A DNA stretch of 26,152 nucleotides from a virus (taxonomy: Duplodnaviria; Caudoviricetes), in the IMG/VR virus record IMGVR_UViG_3300020310_000010, positions 1 to 26,152 of that record, one strand, 5' to 3'. The notes beneath the pieces were generated by a model. That model did no database searches. It worked only from the letters and a program-made list of their open reading frames with translations, and had not been told where the DNA came from. The position numbers were made by a program, and so were the translations under genes. Every line of letters starts with the position of its first letter. Position 1 is the first letter of the stretch. Of the stretch, positions 1-8,877 are shown one piece after another.

Positions 1-850
1 TAACAATTCCTGCAAATGTAGAAACACCAGATACATTTAAGTTGGATCCCAATCCTACTTGACCACTTAAAGTAGAAATACCAGAAGCATTTAGAGTTGT
101 TACATTTGTTGGACCAATGTTATATCTTTCTGTTCCAGTTCCAACAGTTCCATTTAACTGTGTATTAACTAATTCATACCAATTACTAGAATGTGCAAAA
201 TACCCCTTCCCTCGTGCATGAACATGTGCAAATGCACCATGGTATGTACTAGCTGATGGTAAATCGCTAAAATTACTGTATAAAAATGGTATTACATTAC
301 TTGTTGCAGCACCAACAATTCTTCCACCAAATGTAGAAATACCTGATATATTAATTCCAGCAACAGCATAAATTCCGTTTACAGAACTAAGAGTTAATCC
401 TGTACCAACATTAATAATATCATTATCGCCATCTAAAGTTAAACTAGTTGTTCCAACCGTTAACATCCCAGAGACTTGTACATCTCCACTAATATTTAAA
501 GTGGCAATTGTACCAACACCAGTTACATTAAGATTTCTACCATTAATTTCATCATAGGTAACATCATCCCTTACATATAAATCTCCACCAACATATAAAT
601 CTCCACCAGTAGTTGTAATACCACCTAAAGCAGAAAGTGTAGATATTCCAGCAACATATAAATCTGAACCTAATCCAACTGGGCCAGTTAAAGTAGTAAT
701 TCCAGAATTAATTATTGATGTTACAGATGCAATACCACCCTTTACATTAGTAGCATTTACCGCCTGTTCAGCCGTAAGTGATCCACCAAAAGCACTAGCA
801 ACTACTTTTACCGCATTTTGTTGGCCAACTCTGACTTTAATATCTGGCAT
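1..850 (-). CDS. Tail-fibre-like virion protein, 5' part only (runs off the left edge; not in the supplied ORF track)
   Basis: ATG at 850-848 overlaps the TAA of the upstream gene (TAATG). My manual translation is open to the window edge: MPDIKVRVGQQNAVKVVASAFGGSLTAEQAVNATNVKGGIASVTSINNSGITTLTGPVGLGSDLYVAGISTLSALGGITTTGGDLYVGGDLYV...NVIPFLYSNFSDLPSASTYHGAFAHVHARGKGYFAHSSNWYELVN...LNASGISTLSGQVGLGSNLNVSGVSTFAGIV. The G(I/V)ST(F/L) and GGDLYV repeats are typical of cyanomyovirus fibre proteins. Confidence 0.85.
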   Translation of the reverse strand, partial: MPDIKVRVGQQNAVKVVASAFGGSLTAEQAVNATNVKGGIASVTSIINSGITTLTGPVGLGSDLYVAGISTLSALGGITTTGGDLYVGGDLYVRDDVTYDEINGRNLNVTGVGTIATLNISGDVQVSGMLTVGTTSLTLDGDNDIINVGTGLTLSSVNGIYAVAGINISGISTFGGRIVGAATSNVIPFLYSNFSDLPSASTYHGAFAHVHARGKGYFAHSSNWYELVNTQLNGTVGTGTERYNIGPTNVTTLNASGISTLSGQVGLGSNLNVSGVSTFAGIV

Positions 851-1188
851 TATCTCGTTACCCCTTCCCTTATAAGAACAGATCCTTCAACTACAAGTTC
901 TTTTGTATCATTAATAGTAATCAATACATCATAGACATGTCTACCTGGAGTCAGTGCCGCAGTTTCTGTAGAAGTTAAACTAACAAGAATCTTTCCCTGT
1001 GTAGCAGGAACTGGAATAGCAGTGGTAAAATCTGTGGCAGTTGCAGAACCTCTCCACTTCCTAATTTGGGATGTAACAGTATATCCAGTCAAATCAAACG
1101 CTGAATCGTCATTTCCCTCTAATGTAAAAGTCTGAGAAAAAGAACTCCCTGTGTTTATTACTAAATTACTCGTATAGACTGCAGCCAT
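850..1188 (-). CDS. Conserved small phage virion protein (112 aa, beta-rich; possible fibre-attachment adaptor)
   Basis: 112-aa ORF in the operon with the pattern NL.I..G..F...F.L......DLTGY....Q.RK...G.I.V.LT..ET.AL..GR.VYDV, which I recognise as a family found just upstream of fibre genes in T4-like cyanophages. The function is inferred. Confidence 0.8.
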   Translation of the reverse strand: MAAVYTSNLVINTGSSFSQTFTLEGNDDSAFDLTGYTVTSQIRKWRGSATATDFTTAIPVPATQGKILVSLTSTETAALTPGRHVYDVLITINDTKELVVEGSVLIREGVTR

Positions 1189-1213
1189 TAATTCTCACAG
1201 AATCTCTATATTC

Positions 1214-1417
1214 CTATTTAGGCATTGTATCTGTTAACTGTGTAAGAAGAAGTTTCAATTCATCAATTTCCTCTCTCAGTTTATTTAATTCATCTTTATC
1301 TGATTTAATAACAGATATGGATCTCAATCTTTGTTTATACTGAGAACTATTAGTGTTTATAATAGCTCCTGTATTTTCGTCACGATAAAGATGTGAGTGT
1401 CCCTCAACTCTTTGCAT
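1214..1417 (-). CDS. Conserved hypothetical phage protein (67 aa, C-terminal coiled coil)
   Basis: Start overlaps the stop of the 2484-aa gene (TAATG at 1415-1419). It has the N-terminal motif VEGH..L.RD..TGAIIN and the heptad-like C-terminus ELNKLREEIDELKLLLTQL, a family I recognise downstream of DUF4815 genes in T4-like cyanophages. Confidence 0.8.
   Translation of the reverse strand: MQRVEGHSHLYRDENTGAIINTNSSQYKQRLRSISVIKSDKDELNKLREEIDELKLLLTQLTDTMPK
1215..1221 (-). promoter_or_regulatory. Putative late promoter variant CTAAATA overlapping the end of the 67-aa gene
   Basis: Minus strand reads ATGCCTAAATAG. The TAAATA core of the T4-type late promoter overlaps the stop codon, 26 nt upstream of the ATG at 1188. 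Confidence 0.5.
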
Positions 1418-4400
1418 TATTTTAAAGCAATTGTACGTAAATCAGTAATCTTTGGTTCTTGTGCCTGATTGGTTCCTGACATTACTATCTTAATTCTATA
1501 TCCTGTAAATTCACCAAGATTATTCGCAGTAAATTGATATTCTAAGAATTCTGTAGAAACACTAGCAGAAACAAATGTATCAGGAAGTCCACTATTATTA
1601 GCAGGATCTATTACTTGATCACCAAAACCACTTTCGTCAGTATCTATCAAATTATCATAACCAGGGAACAAAGTATATCTTGGATCAATTGAACTAGAAT
1701 CTTTTTTGATTAAAGCATAAAGAACTCTGAAATCAGCTGAAGCAGGTCTATTGGCAGAAAGTATAACTTTTAATCCATCAGCAGGTTTATCTAAGTTAAT
1801 TATATTTGAGACATAAATTGCACTATGATTATCATATAAAGAAGTTTTTACTAACGCATTAGTTGCATAATCAGAAACAGGGTTATTTAACCTATTACTT
1901 CTAAATTGTGTTTGTGCACGTCTTAAATTGATTATTGGAGAAACACTTTCATCAGTAGTACTAAATTCTATAGCAGTAGTGAATGATTTATTCCTATCAA
2001 TATTATTTAAATACTCATTTTCATTAACCTTAGAACATATAATCCTTGGTGTAGATAATTCATTTTCCGTGTTCAACTGAACTGGTTCGAATCCTTGATC
2101 TAAGAATGAAACTTCATTTCCACCAATACTAGTTCCACTTACAGTTCTAATTGATGCCGTTGCTTCAGTAGCACTTGATGGAGTACGTAAATTATAAGTT
2201 GGAACCACTGCATCATACTGCATATTCTTAGTAATCTGAACTGATTCCCCACCCAAGAATGCCTGATTATCAAATGATAATTGTGGTTTACCAGTAGAAT
2301 CAGATGATCTATTAACACCATTTGTAGTTCTATCAATCTCAATATAATAATCATCAAATCCAATATCATGAGATGATATAGTATGTTCCTTGTTTATTCT
2401 TCTTAAAGAAACACCATTGAGTTCATACTTCTCTACATAACTTCCTGCATTATGAGGTATAATTTGAGTAGAATCAGTGCCTCTTCCACTAGAAGCAACT
2501 TCCAAAATTCCTGAACCAATACCCGCATAACCAATAACTTCATCATTAATTCTTACATATCCAGGATTAGTAGGACTAACTGCAAGACCCTCAAAGGTTT
2601 CAAATCCACTAGTAGATCCTACACTAATATTAGATGCTTCTGTCGTTGTCAATTCCACACCCAAATTAGTAAATTTAGAACTTCCTCTAACATCCGTGAC
2701 AGTTAATTTATTGTTTGTTGCATACATTCCATGATCAAACTGTGAAATGTAGATATGTTTTCCATCATTTGGAGTTCCATCTTCTACCAAATTTCCATCG
2801 TATAAAGTACCAACAACTTCTTGAATATTTCCACCACCATCAGTATATCTAAATGCTCCATTATTAATAAATCCTCCACTAGCAGCAGTTCCCTTTATAT
2901 TAGTCAAGAATAGGGTATCAATTCCATCAGTTTTAGCAGTAACACTAAAGAGTGCACCAGTACCTGTACCAGATCCAGAAGCACCTGCAGTCACAATACC
3001 AACAATATCACCCTGTCGATATCCAGTTCCATTAGCAGTGGTTACTATACCTGTAAATTCTTCAATGGTTCCATTTGCATCAACAGCAGCAATATTACAT
3101 CTAAACCCTGAACCCTTTCCAGTAACTGCAAATGTTTCAACAGCAGATGCAACTTGATAACCAGTTCCACCAGTAAGAACTCCCACACGTGAAGCAGAAC
3201 ATCCAGTATCTACAATGGTTGCTGTAACTTCATCATCAGTAGCTCCGTTAATGATGGTTCCCCCAGTAAATGTCGAGAATCCAACAGTAAGAGTATCGAT
3301 TTTAATTTGTCCAGTTTTTGGTAATGTTAGAATTGGATTTGATCCAAGACGGGCACCAAAACCATTACTAGAATTTAAAGTAGGATTTGCAAAGAAAGCA
3401 GTACCACTATTCACAAACTTTGCTTTATATAATTTTAACTTCATATCCTGAAGTTGACTTGGTTCCCAAATCGAACCATTCTGTGACTTAAATAAACTAC
3501 CAAGAGCCCATTGTTCAGAATATATCACAGCAGATGCATTAGGAAGATTTTGTGATGCTAATGTAGGTTGATTCATCGTAGCAACATATACTTCGAACTC
3601 CATACTAGTTGGAGCAAGAAGAACAATTGCATATTCCTGACCAGGACCAAGATAAATTGGTTCTGGGAATTTAACATTCGTTGCAACTGATCCATCAGTT
3701 GAAGTTGTAATTTGATTTGGAAGTAATGTAACACCTCTTCCAATTCTATTTCTTGTAGGAGTTCCTAACTCCATAGTTCTAACTTCAACTGTTACTGCTT
3801 TATTATTACTATCTTTATTGGCAAAAAATAAATCTACAGAGGTCAAGAATATACCATTATCATCATCACCCATAGATCCACTAGAATCAGGTGCTTCTAT
3901 ATTTGCACCAACAGTGAAAGATTGAGCCAAAGGATCCCAATAATCACGTATAGTAACATCTCGATCTTCAATGTCAATAACAGTACCCTCTACAGTAAGA
4001 GTACCAACAGATCTATACCTAGTAGCTGCTGATGAAATTAAATCACTTCCAGTAGCAGGTTTTGCATTACTCGAACTGCTCGTAAGTTTATAAGTCTTTG
4101 TTCCAGTTTCAATTGTGACACTTGGTGGTGGGGTTGTATGTGGATCACGAAGGAAGAAAGAACCTTGGACTTCTCCAGCACCATCTGGTTTTAATTGTAT
4201 ATCCTTAACGTAAGCAACCGCACCACTACTCTGCCCAACCAATCTTGTCTGATTAGTAATATATCCACTATATAAACCTTGTGCTTCTGCAGCTAATGCA
4301 ATAGTATCAATATTTAATACTTTTGAATTACTAGTATAAACTGCTTGTATATTTTCATTAGCAACATATGGATTATCACTGTATATCTTAGTAGGATTTC

Positions 4401-7400
4401 CAAAAGGCCCTTCTTTATGATTAGATGTCGCAACTCTTGCATTAAATATTTCTTTTGATCCACTATGATTTGTATCAATATAACCCTTCACCGTTTCTCC
4501 AACTTGGAAAGCAGTAGAAGAACCATAATTGAGTCTTGCCTCATCACTCGCAATTTCGATTAATTTTGGAATAACATCTACATCACCATTTCCATCAAGG
4601 AACTGATAATGTCTCTGGAAAGGTCTCAATCCAGTACCATAGAATGAAGTATTTCTGGATCTCATAAATCCATCTTCACCATTGAATATGATACCATCTC
4701 TAAGAGTAATTGATCTCTGACGAAGAGTATATTCATTAAAGATTATTTCACCACCACTTCTAACCTCATGAGTACTACTATCAGTATTAATATTAAATTG
4801 GAAACCAGAACTCTGTATATCACCTAAAAGATCATTAAAACTGCCAGCTTCCATTTTTGTCAGATTTAAATGATTTATAGAAGATGCAAACTGTTTATGA
4901 TGTGCTGATGCTGATGCATTAATATCAGAAATTCTGCCAAGAAGTGCTGCTCCTTCAGCACCACCATCTTGCTGTATGGTTCTACTCCATGAATCAGATT
5001 CTGGACTTAATGTAATAGTTCCAGATGAGAAAGAAACTACATGGAATGGATTAACATTTTCTTGCTCTGTTGCAAAGGATTGCTCTACCCATGAAACTTC
5101 TTCATATTTTAAGGTAACAGCATTTCCAGTTTTTTGAACATTTGGATCATACAAAGAATAATTTGTTCCAAAATCTAACTCTTCATCAACCGTACTTATA
5201 CTGGGTAAAAGTAAATTACTGAGACTATTACGAGAAATTAATGGTCTAATCACTTTATTATTAGTATCAACAGTTATACTTGACTCTTCTAAATCTACAA
5301 AAGTATCAGTAATAAAACTATCTACAAAAAATCCACTCTTAAATCTATCTCTACCATAAGCATCTTGTATAGTCATTGCTTCAGTACCAACTTCCAATAA
5401 AGATAAGGTAGTTACAGTTTCTAAAGATTCGATTCTATCCTCTAAAATTCCAATATCACGCATTGTGTATCTTCTATTATCAGCAAGAGTTATTTGTGCT
5501 CTTCTTGGATTATAAAGATATGGTGGCAATACAATATCAGCCACTAACATAGAGTCATTAGAATCCATTGGTGGTTGTGGATTCTTGGCAGGTTGTCCCT
5601 TTATTACTTGTAATTGACCTCCTACATCCAAATATACTTTATCAATTCTTCCAAGATAATAATCATATTTAACCACAGTATTTTCATTTGCTGTCACCAT
5701 AAATTTAGGAGTATTTCCAAATCCAGTGGTTCTTCTCTCAAATGAAAATGGTGATGAATCAGTAACATTAAATGGAGATACTCTTGGTCTAAAGTCCAAA
5801 GTATCAGTTGCTCTTATTCCACTATCACCAATCAATGGAATATCATTCGTATATCTATCCCCATCATAACTCAATACAGAGAATACATCTCCAGTATCAT
5901 CAATAGGAACATCATAATAGTCCATTACAATTAATAACTGTCTTGATGGTACGGAAGTATTTTTTCTTCTAATAATTCTTGAATAGTCATAATATTGTTC
6001 TCTCTGCCCTTTATCCAGATAGAAAGAATTTGTAACATTAATATATTGACCATCATTAGGTTGTGAATTAATATTCTCAACTATAGTTTGAATATTTGAT
6101 TCATTAAATGAGACTTGCTCGTTTACATTAAATATTCTTTCATTAAGATAAACAATACCTAATTTATTAGTTCCACCAGATGATGGTGTCGAACTATTAT
6201 TTGTAACTACTCTTGCAATAGTACCAGATTCCTTTCCGATAATATTTTCTCCAATTTTTGCATTGGCTAAAACATTTGCAGATGAAGGAAATTCTATATT
6301 ATCCAAAGTAGGTGCAGAAGTATCAAGAGATTCATAGACTGCCAATACTCTCGAAACATCAGCAACGTTTAAAGATATAGATTCATCCTGAACTCTCAAA
6401 CCATAAGCAGTGCTATTATATGTCAACCCATCATTAAGATTGGCAACAGAACTACCAGATCCTACAAAGTTTGATTTATCTACGGTAACTAACTGACTTC
6501 TTTGATATTCCTTTACTTTACTCTGAATTCCTTGCTTCTCTGCAGTTACACTAATTACAGTATTAGCATCAGCATTACCTACAGTTCCTAATCCAGCAAG
6601 ACTTAAGGAAGCACCTCCACTCAATAACTCAAATTTATCAGCAGTGACTGTGGCAAAACCAGCAGTACTACCAAAATGAACTGAATATTGACTAATACTA
6701 TAAGGTTCGAAAAATGCAGTTGGTATAGTTACACCACTACCATCTTTAACTGCACTTATAGAAGCAGTACCGCCCATTCCAGATAAAGATTGTCCTGTTA
6801 ATTGTGCAGAAACAGTTAAAGTAGAACTAGAAAAATCTACAGAAGAAATATTTCTTTCTGGAAGTACTCCATATAAACCAACATCATTAGATTCTAATGA
6901 TGAGACAGCTTGGAATATCGGTAATCTAGAAGTATTATCAACAGATCCTTTATATACTCCAGCAACATCTGAAACCGCAGCAAGAGGTAAATTTCTACCA
7001 CCATCACCAACACCAGTTATTACATTATAATTAACATCATCATTATTGTCTTTTTGATATGAAAGTATATCACCTGCTTTAATATTAGTAAATATTTTTC
7101 CAGGACTTTCAAGTTTATTACCACCACTTATATCACCTTGAGTAATTCCATTAGGAAAAGGAATCTGTTGTAAAAGAGCATCTGCTTTAAAAGATTGAGT
7201 GTATGCACCTGCTGCAGTCTGCTGAATAGATTTAACATCTCTAGGACTAAACTTAATAACCTCTTTAATTAAGTTTCCTTGTTTTTCTTCACCATTAATG
7301 GTGATTGGTTCATTCTTAAGATATGTTCCGTTAGTACCATCGACATTTATCCAGTTTGTACTTATACCTAATCTCACAGGATTGGTTGCATTAGAAGCGG

Positions 7401-8871
7401 AATATCCTTCAGCTCCACTATTTTTACCCTTTATATGATAACCAATAGTAACTTCAGAAGCTGTTAAACTATCATTTAATGCAATTCTATCAAACATCTG
7501 GACATCATAAAGACGCAAATTCCAAGAACTTGCTTGTCCATTAGATTGATATGCTCTAGGAGTGGCAGAAAATACTCTTGCTTGTCCTATAACTCCCACA
7601 TGAGTAGTACCTTGTTGCAATTCTCCATATAAATCAATAACTTCTCTATATTGTGGTTGACCTTCAAGGTTATTAACAATTAAGTTATTCCCCATATTGA
7701 AAGGAACACTTCCTGTGGTTGTTTTTGTATCCCTTGGTTTAGGTACATCTAGAATACTAGTACTATTTGTCGTTACATCATATCCTTTTACATAAGCTTC
7801 ACCTTCAGAAATTTTAACACACATCAAATCATCTGATGGAGTATTATCATTTTCAGTTTTTTGGTCAGAATAATATAATCCACCATTACCTAACCTATCA
7901 TTTAATGAATTGACAACATTAACAGTAAAAGGTTGTAGAGCATAATTTCCAGATTCTTCATATGTTCTTTCTGCAATATAATCTCTAATTATATTATACT
8001 GAGTTTTATTATTAATCTTCTTGATTTCTCCATCATCAGTTCTTGCAATCTCAATAAAATCAGTATCATTTTTATCTGTAAGTAATTTTTTAGAAAGAGA
8101 TAAAGAAATTTTAAGTCTATCAGCACCTGGTGCAGCATAATTTGTAAATCCTTTTGCATTGTCATATAAAGAAGGATCATCTTTAGCACTTATTATTATT
8201 TCATCAACCTTTAATCCAATTCTATATGAAGGATAATTAAGATAATGATCGAGAATTATGGTTTGTTTACTTACATTTACAAAGGTTCCTCTAACAAAGT
8301 AGACACCATTTGAAATAGAGGCAGTAGAACCGATAAATGTAGCATTGGCAGCTATTAAAGTCGCAACAGCAGTTCCTGCATTGATAGTGGTATTACCATA
8401 TACCAAACTCTCTTTTACTAATAATGATTCACCATCCTTAAATTTAATTTGAGTAGAATCGTATATACCAGCAGTTTGATATTTTACATATATTGTTATA
8501 TCTTCTACATCCCCACCATCGGGAAAAGCAATTAAATCTACAGTTGCAGTTACACCTGTCGTTTCTCCCTCTACAACTTTACCAATTAATTGATCAGTAT
8601 AAACAGATATATCAACACCAAATTGAGTGGCATTTAACTTTACAGCATGAGATGAAACATCAATAGTGACTCCACCTGGAATAACTTCAGATCCCTCTTT
8701 AAATATATGAGACCCAAATTCTTTTACCTGATTCTGAAGAATAGATTGTAGAGATGTTAATTCTCTAGCCTGTACGGGAAATCCTGGTTTAAATAAGACC
8801 TTGTAAAAATTATTACTTGGGTCAAAATCATCATAATAGGGACTGATATTTAAATCTTTTTTCTGTGCCAT
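1417..8871 (-). CDS. Large virion structural protein, DUF4815/VrlC-like (baseplate periphery), 2484 aa
   Basis: N-terminus LNISPYYDDFD...YKVLFKPGFPVQARELT.LQSILQNQ and internal motifs APGADRLKI, RTYEESGNY, DNRRYTMRDIG.LE.RI..LE..T.LSLLE, RFKSGFFVD.F, ENVNPF, FMRSRN, DPLAQSF and GSLFKSQNGS.W are characteristic of the DUF4815/VrlC-like family. It lies immediately after gp8, as in T4-like cyanophages. Confidence 0.88.
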   Translation of the reverse strand: MAQKKDLNISPYYDDFDPSNNFYKVLFKPGFPVQARELTSLQSILQNQVKEFGSHIFKEGSEVIPGGVTIDVSSHAVKLNATQFGVDISVYTDQLIGKVVEGETTGVTATVDLIAFPDGGDVEDITIYVKYQTAGIYDSTQIKFKDGESLLVKESLVYGNTTINAGTAVATLIAANATFIGSTASISNGVYFVRGTFVNVSKQTIILDHYLNYPSYRIGLKVDEIIISAKDDPSLYDNAKGFTNYAAPGADRLKISLSLSKKLLTDKNDTDFIEIARTDDGEIKKINNKTQYNIIRDYIAERTYEESGNYALQPFTVNVVNSLNDRLGNGGLYYSDQKTENDNTPSDDLMCVKISEGEAYVKGYDVTTNSTSILDVPKPRDTKTTTGSVPFNMGNNLIVNNLEGQPQYREVIDLYGELQQGTTHVGVIGQARVFSATPRAYQSNGQASSWNLRLYDVQMFDRIALNDSLTASEVTIGYHIKGKNSGAEGYSASNATNPVRLGISTNWINVDGTNGTYLKNEPITINGEEKQGNLIKEVIKFSPRDVKSIQQTAAGAYTQSFKADALLQQIPFPNGITQGDISGGNKLESPGKIFTNIKAGDILSYQKDNNDDVNYNVITGVGDGGRNLPLAAVSDVAGVYKGSVDNTSRLPIFQAVSSLESNDVGLYGVLPERNISSVDFSSSTLTVSAQLTGQSLSGMGGTASISAVKDGSGVTIPTAFFEPYSISQYSVHFGSTAGFATVTADKFELLSGGASLSLAGLGTVGNADANTVISVTAEKQGIQSKVKEYQRSQLVTVDKSNFVGSGSSVANLNDGLTYNSTAYGLRVQDESISLNVADVSRVLAVYESLDTSAPTLDNIEFPSSANVLANAKIGENIIGKESGTIARVVTNNSSTPSSGGTNKLGIVYLNERIFNVNEQVSFNESNIQTIVENINSQPNDGQYINVTNSFYLDKGQREQYYDYSRIIRRKNTSVPSRQLLIVMDYYDVPIDDTGDVFSVLSYDGDRYTNDIPLIGDSGIRATDTLDFRPRVSPFNVTDSSPFSFERRTTGFGNTPKFMVTANENTVVKYDYYLGRIDKVYLDVGGQLQVIKGQPAKNPQPPMDSNDSMLVADIVLPPYLYNPRRAQITLADNRRYTMRDIGILEDRIESLETVTTLSLLEVGTEAMTIQDAYGRDRFKSGFFVDSFITDTFVDLEESSITVDTNNKVIRPLISRNSLSNLLLPSISTVDEELDFGTNYSLYDPNVQKTGNAVTLKYEEVSWVEQSFATEQENVNPFHVVSFSSGTITLSPESDSWSRTIQQDGGAEGAALLGRISDINASASAHHKQFASSINHLNLTKMEAGSFNDLLGDIQSSGFQFNINTDSSTHEVRSGGEIIFNEYTLRQRSITLRDGIIFNGEDGFMRSRNTSFYGTGLRPFQRHYQFLDGNGDVDVIPKLIEIASDEARLNYGSSTAFQVGETVKGYIDTNHSGSKEIFNARVATSNHKEGPFGNPTKIYSDNPYVANENIQAVYTSNSKVLNIDTIALAAEAQGLYSGYITNQTRLVGQSSGAVAYVKDIQLKPDGAGEVQGSFFLRDPHTTPPPSVTIETGTKTYKLTSSSSNAKPATGSDLISSAATRYRSVGTLTVEGTVIDIEDRDVTIRDYWDPLAQSFTVGANIEAPDSSGSMGDDDNGIFLTSVDLFFANKDSNNKAVTVEVRTMELGTPTRNRIGRGVTLLPNQITTSTDGSVATNVKFPEPIYLGPGQEYAIVLLAPTSMEFEVYVATMNQPTLASQNLPNASAVIYSEQWALGSLFKSQNGSIWEPSQLQDMKLKLYKAKFVNSGTAFFANPTLNSSNGFGARLGSNPILTLPKTGQIKIDTLTVGFSTFTGGTIINGATDDEVTATIVDTGCSASRVGVLTGGTGYQVASAVETFAVTGKGSGFRCNIAAVDANGTIEEFTGIVTTANGTGYRQGDIVGIVTAGASGSGTGTGALFSVTAKTDGIDTLFLTNIKGTAASGGFINNGAFRYTDGGGNIQEVVGTLYDGNLVEDGTPNDGKHIYISQFDHGMYATNNKLTVTDVRGSSKFTNLGVELTTTEASNISVGSTSGFETFEGLAVSPTNPGYVRINDEVIGYAGIGSGILEVASSGRGTDSTQIIPHNAGSYVEKYELNGVSLRRINKEHTISSHDIGFDDYYIEIDRTTNGVNRSSDSTGKPQLSFDNQAFLGGESVQITKNMQYDAVVPTYNLRTPSSATEATASIRTVSGTSIGGNEVSFLDQGFEPVQLNTENELSTPRIICSKVNENEYLNNIDRNKSFTTAIEFSTTDESVSPIINLRRAQTQFRSNRLNNPVSDYATNALVKTSLYDNHSAIYVSNIINLDKPADGLKVILSANRPASADFRVLYALIKKDSSSIDPRYTLFPGYDNLIDTDESGFGDQVIDPANNSGLPDTFVSASVSTEFLEYQFTANNLGEFTGYRIKIVMSGTNQAQEPKITDLRTIALK

Positions 8872-8877
8872 GTTACT

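Noticed and set aside
1191-1203. Small inverted repeat ATTCT-CAC-AGAAT just upstream of the 112-aa gene
   Set aside because: A 5-bp AT-rich stem with a 3-nt loop and no U-tract is too weak to call a terminator or regulatory hairpin.
1417-8871. Interpreting the VrlC-like protein as a bacterial virulence factor
   Set aside because: The name derives from a phage-like locus of Dichelobacter nodosus. The context here, inside a baseplate operon, indicates a virion structural role.
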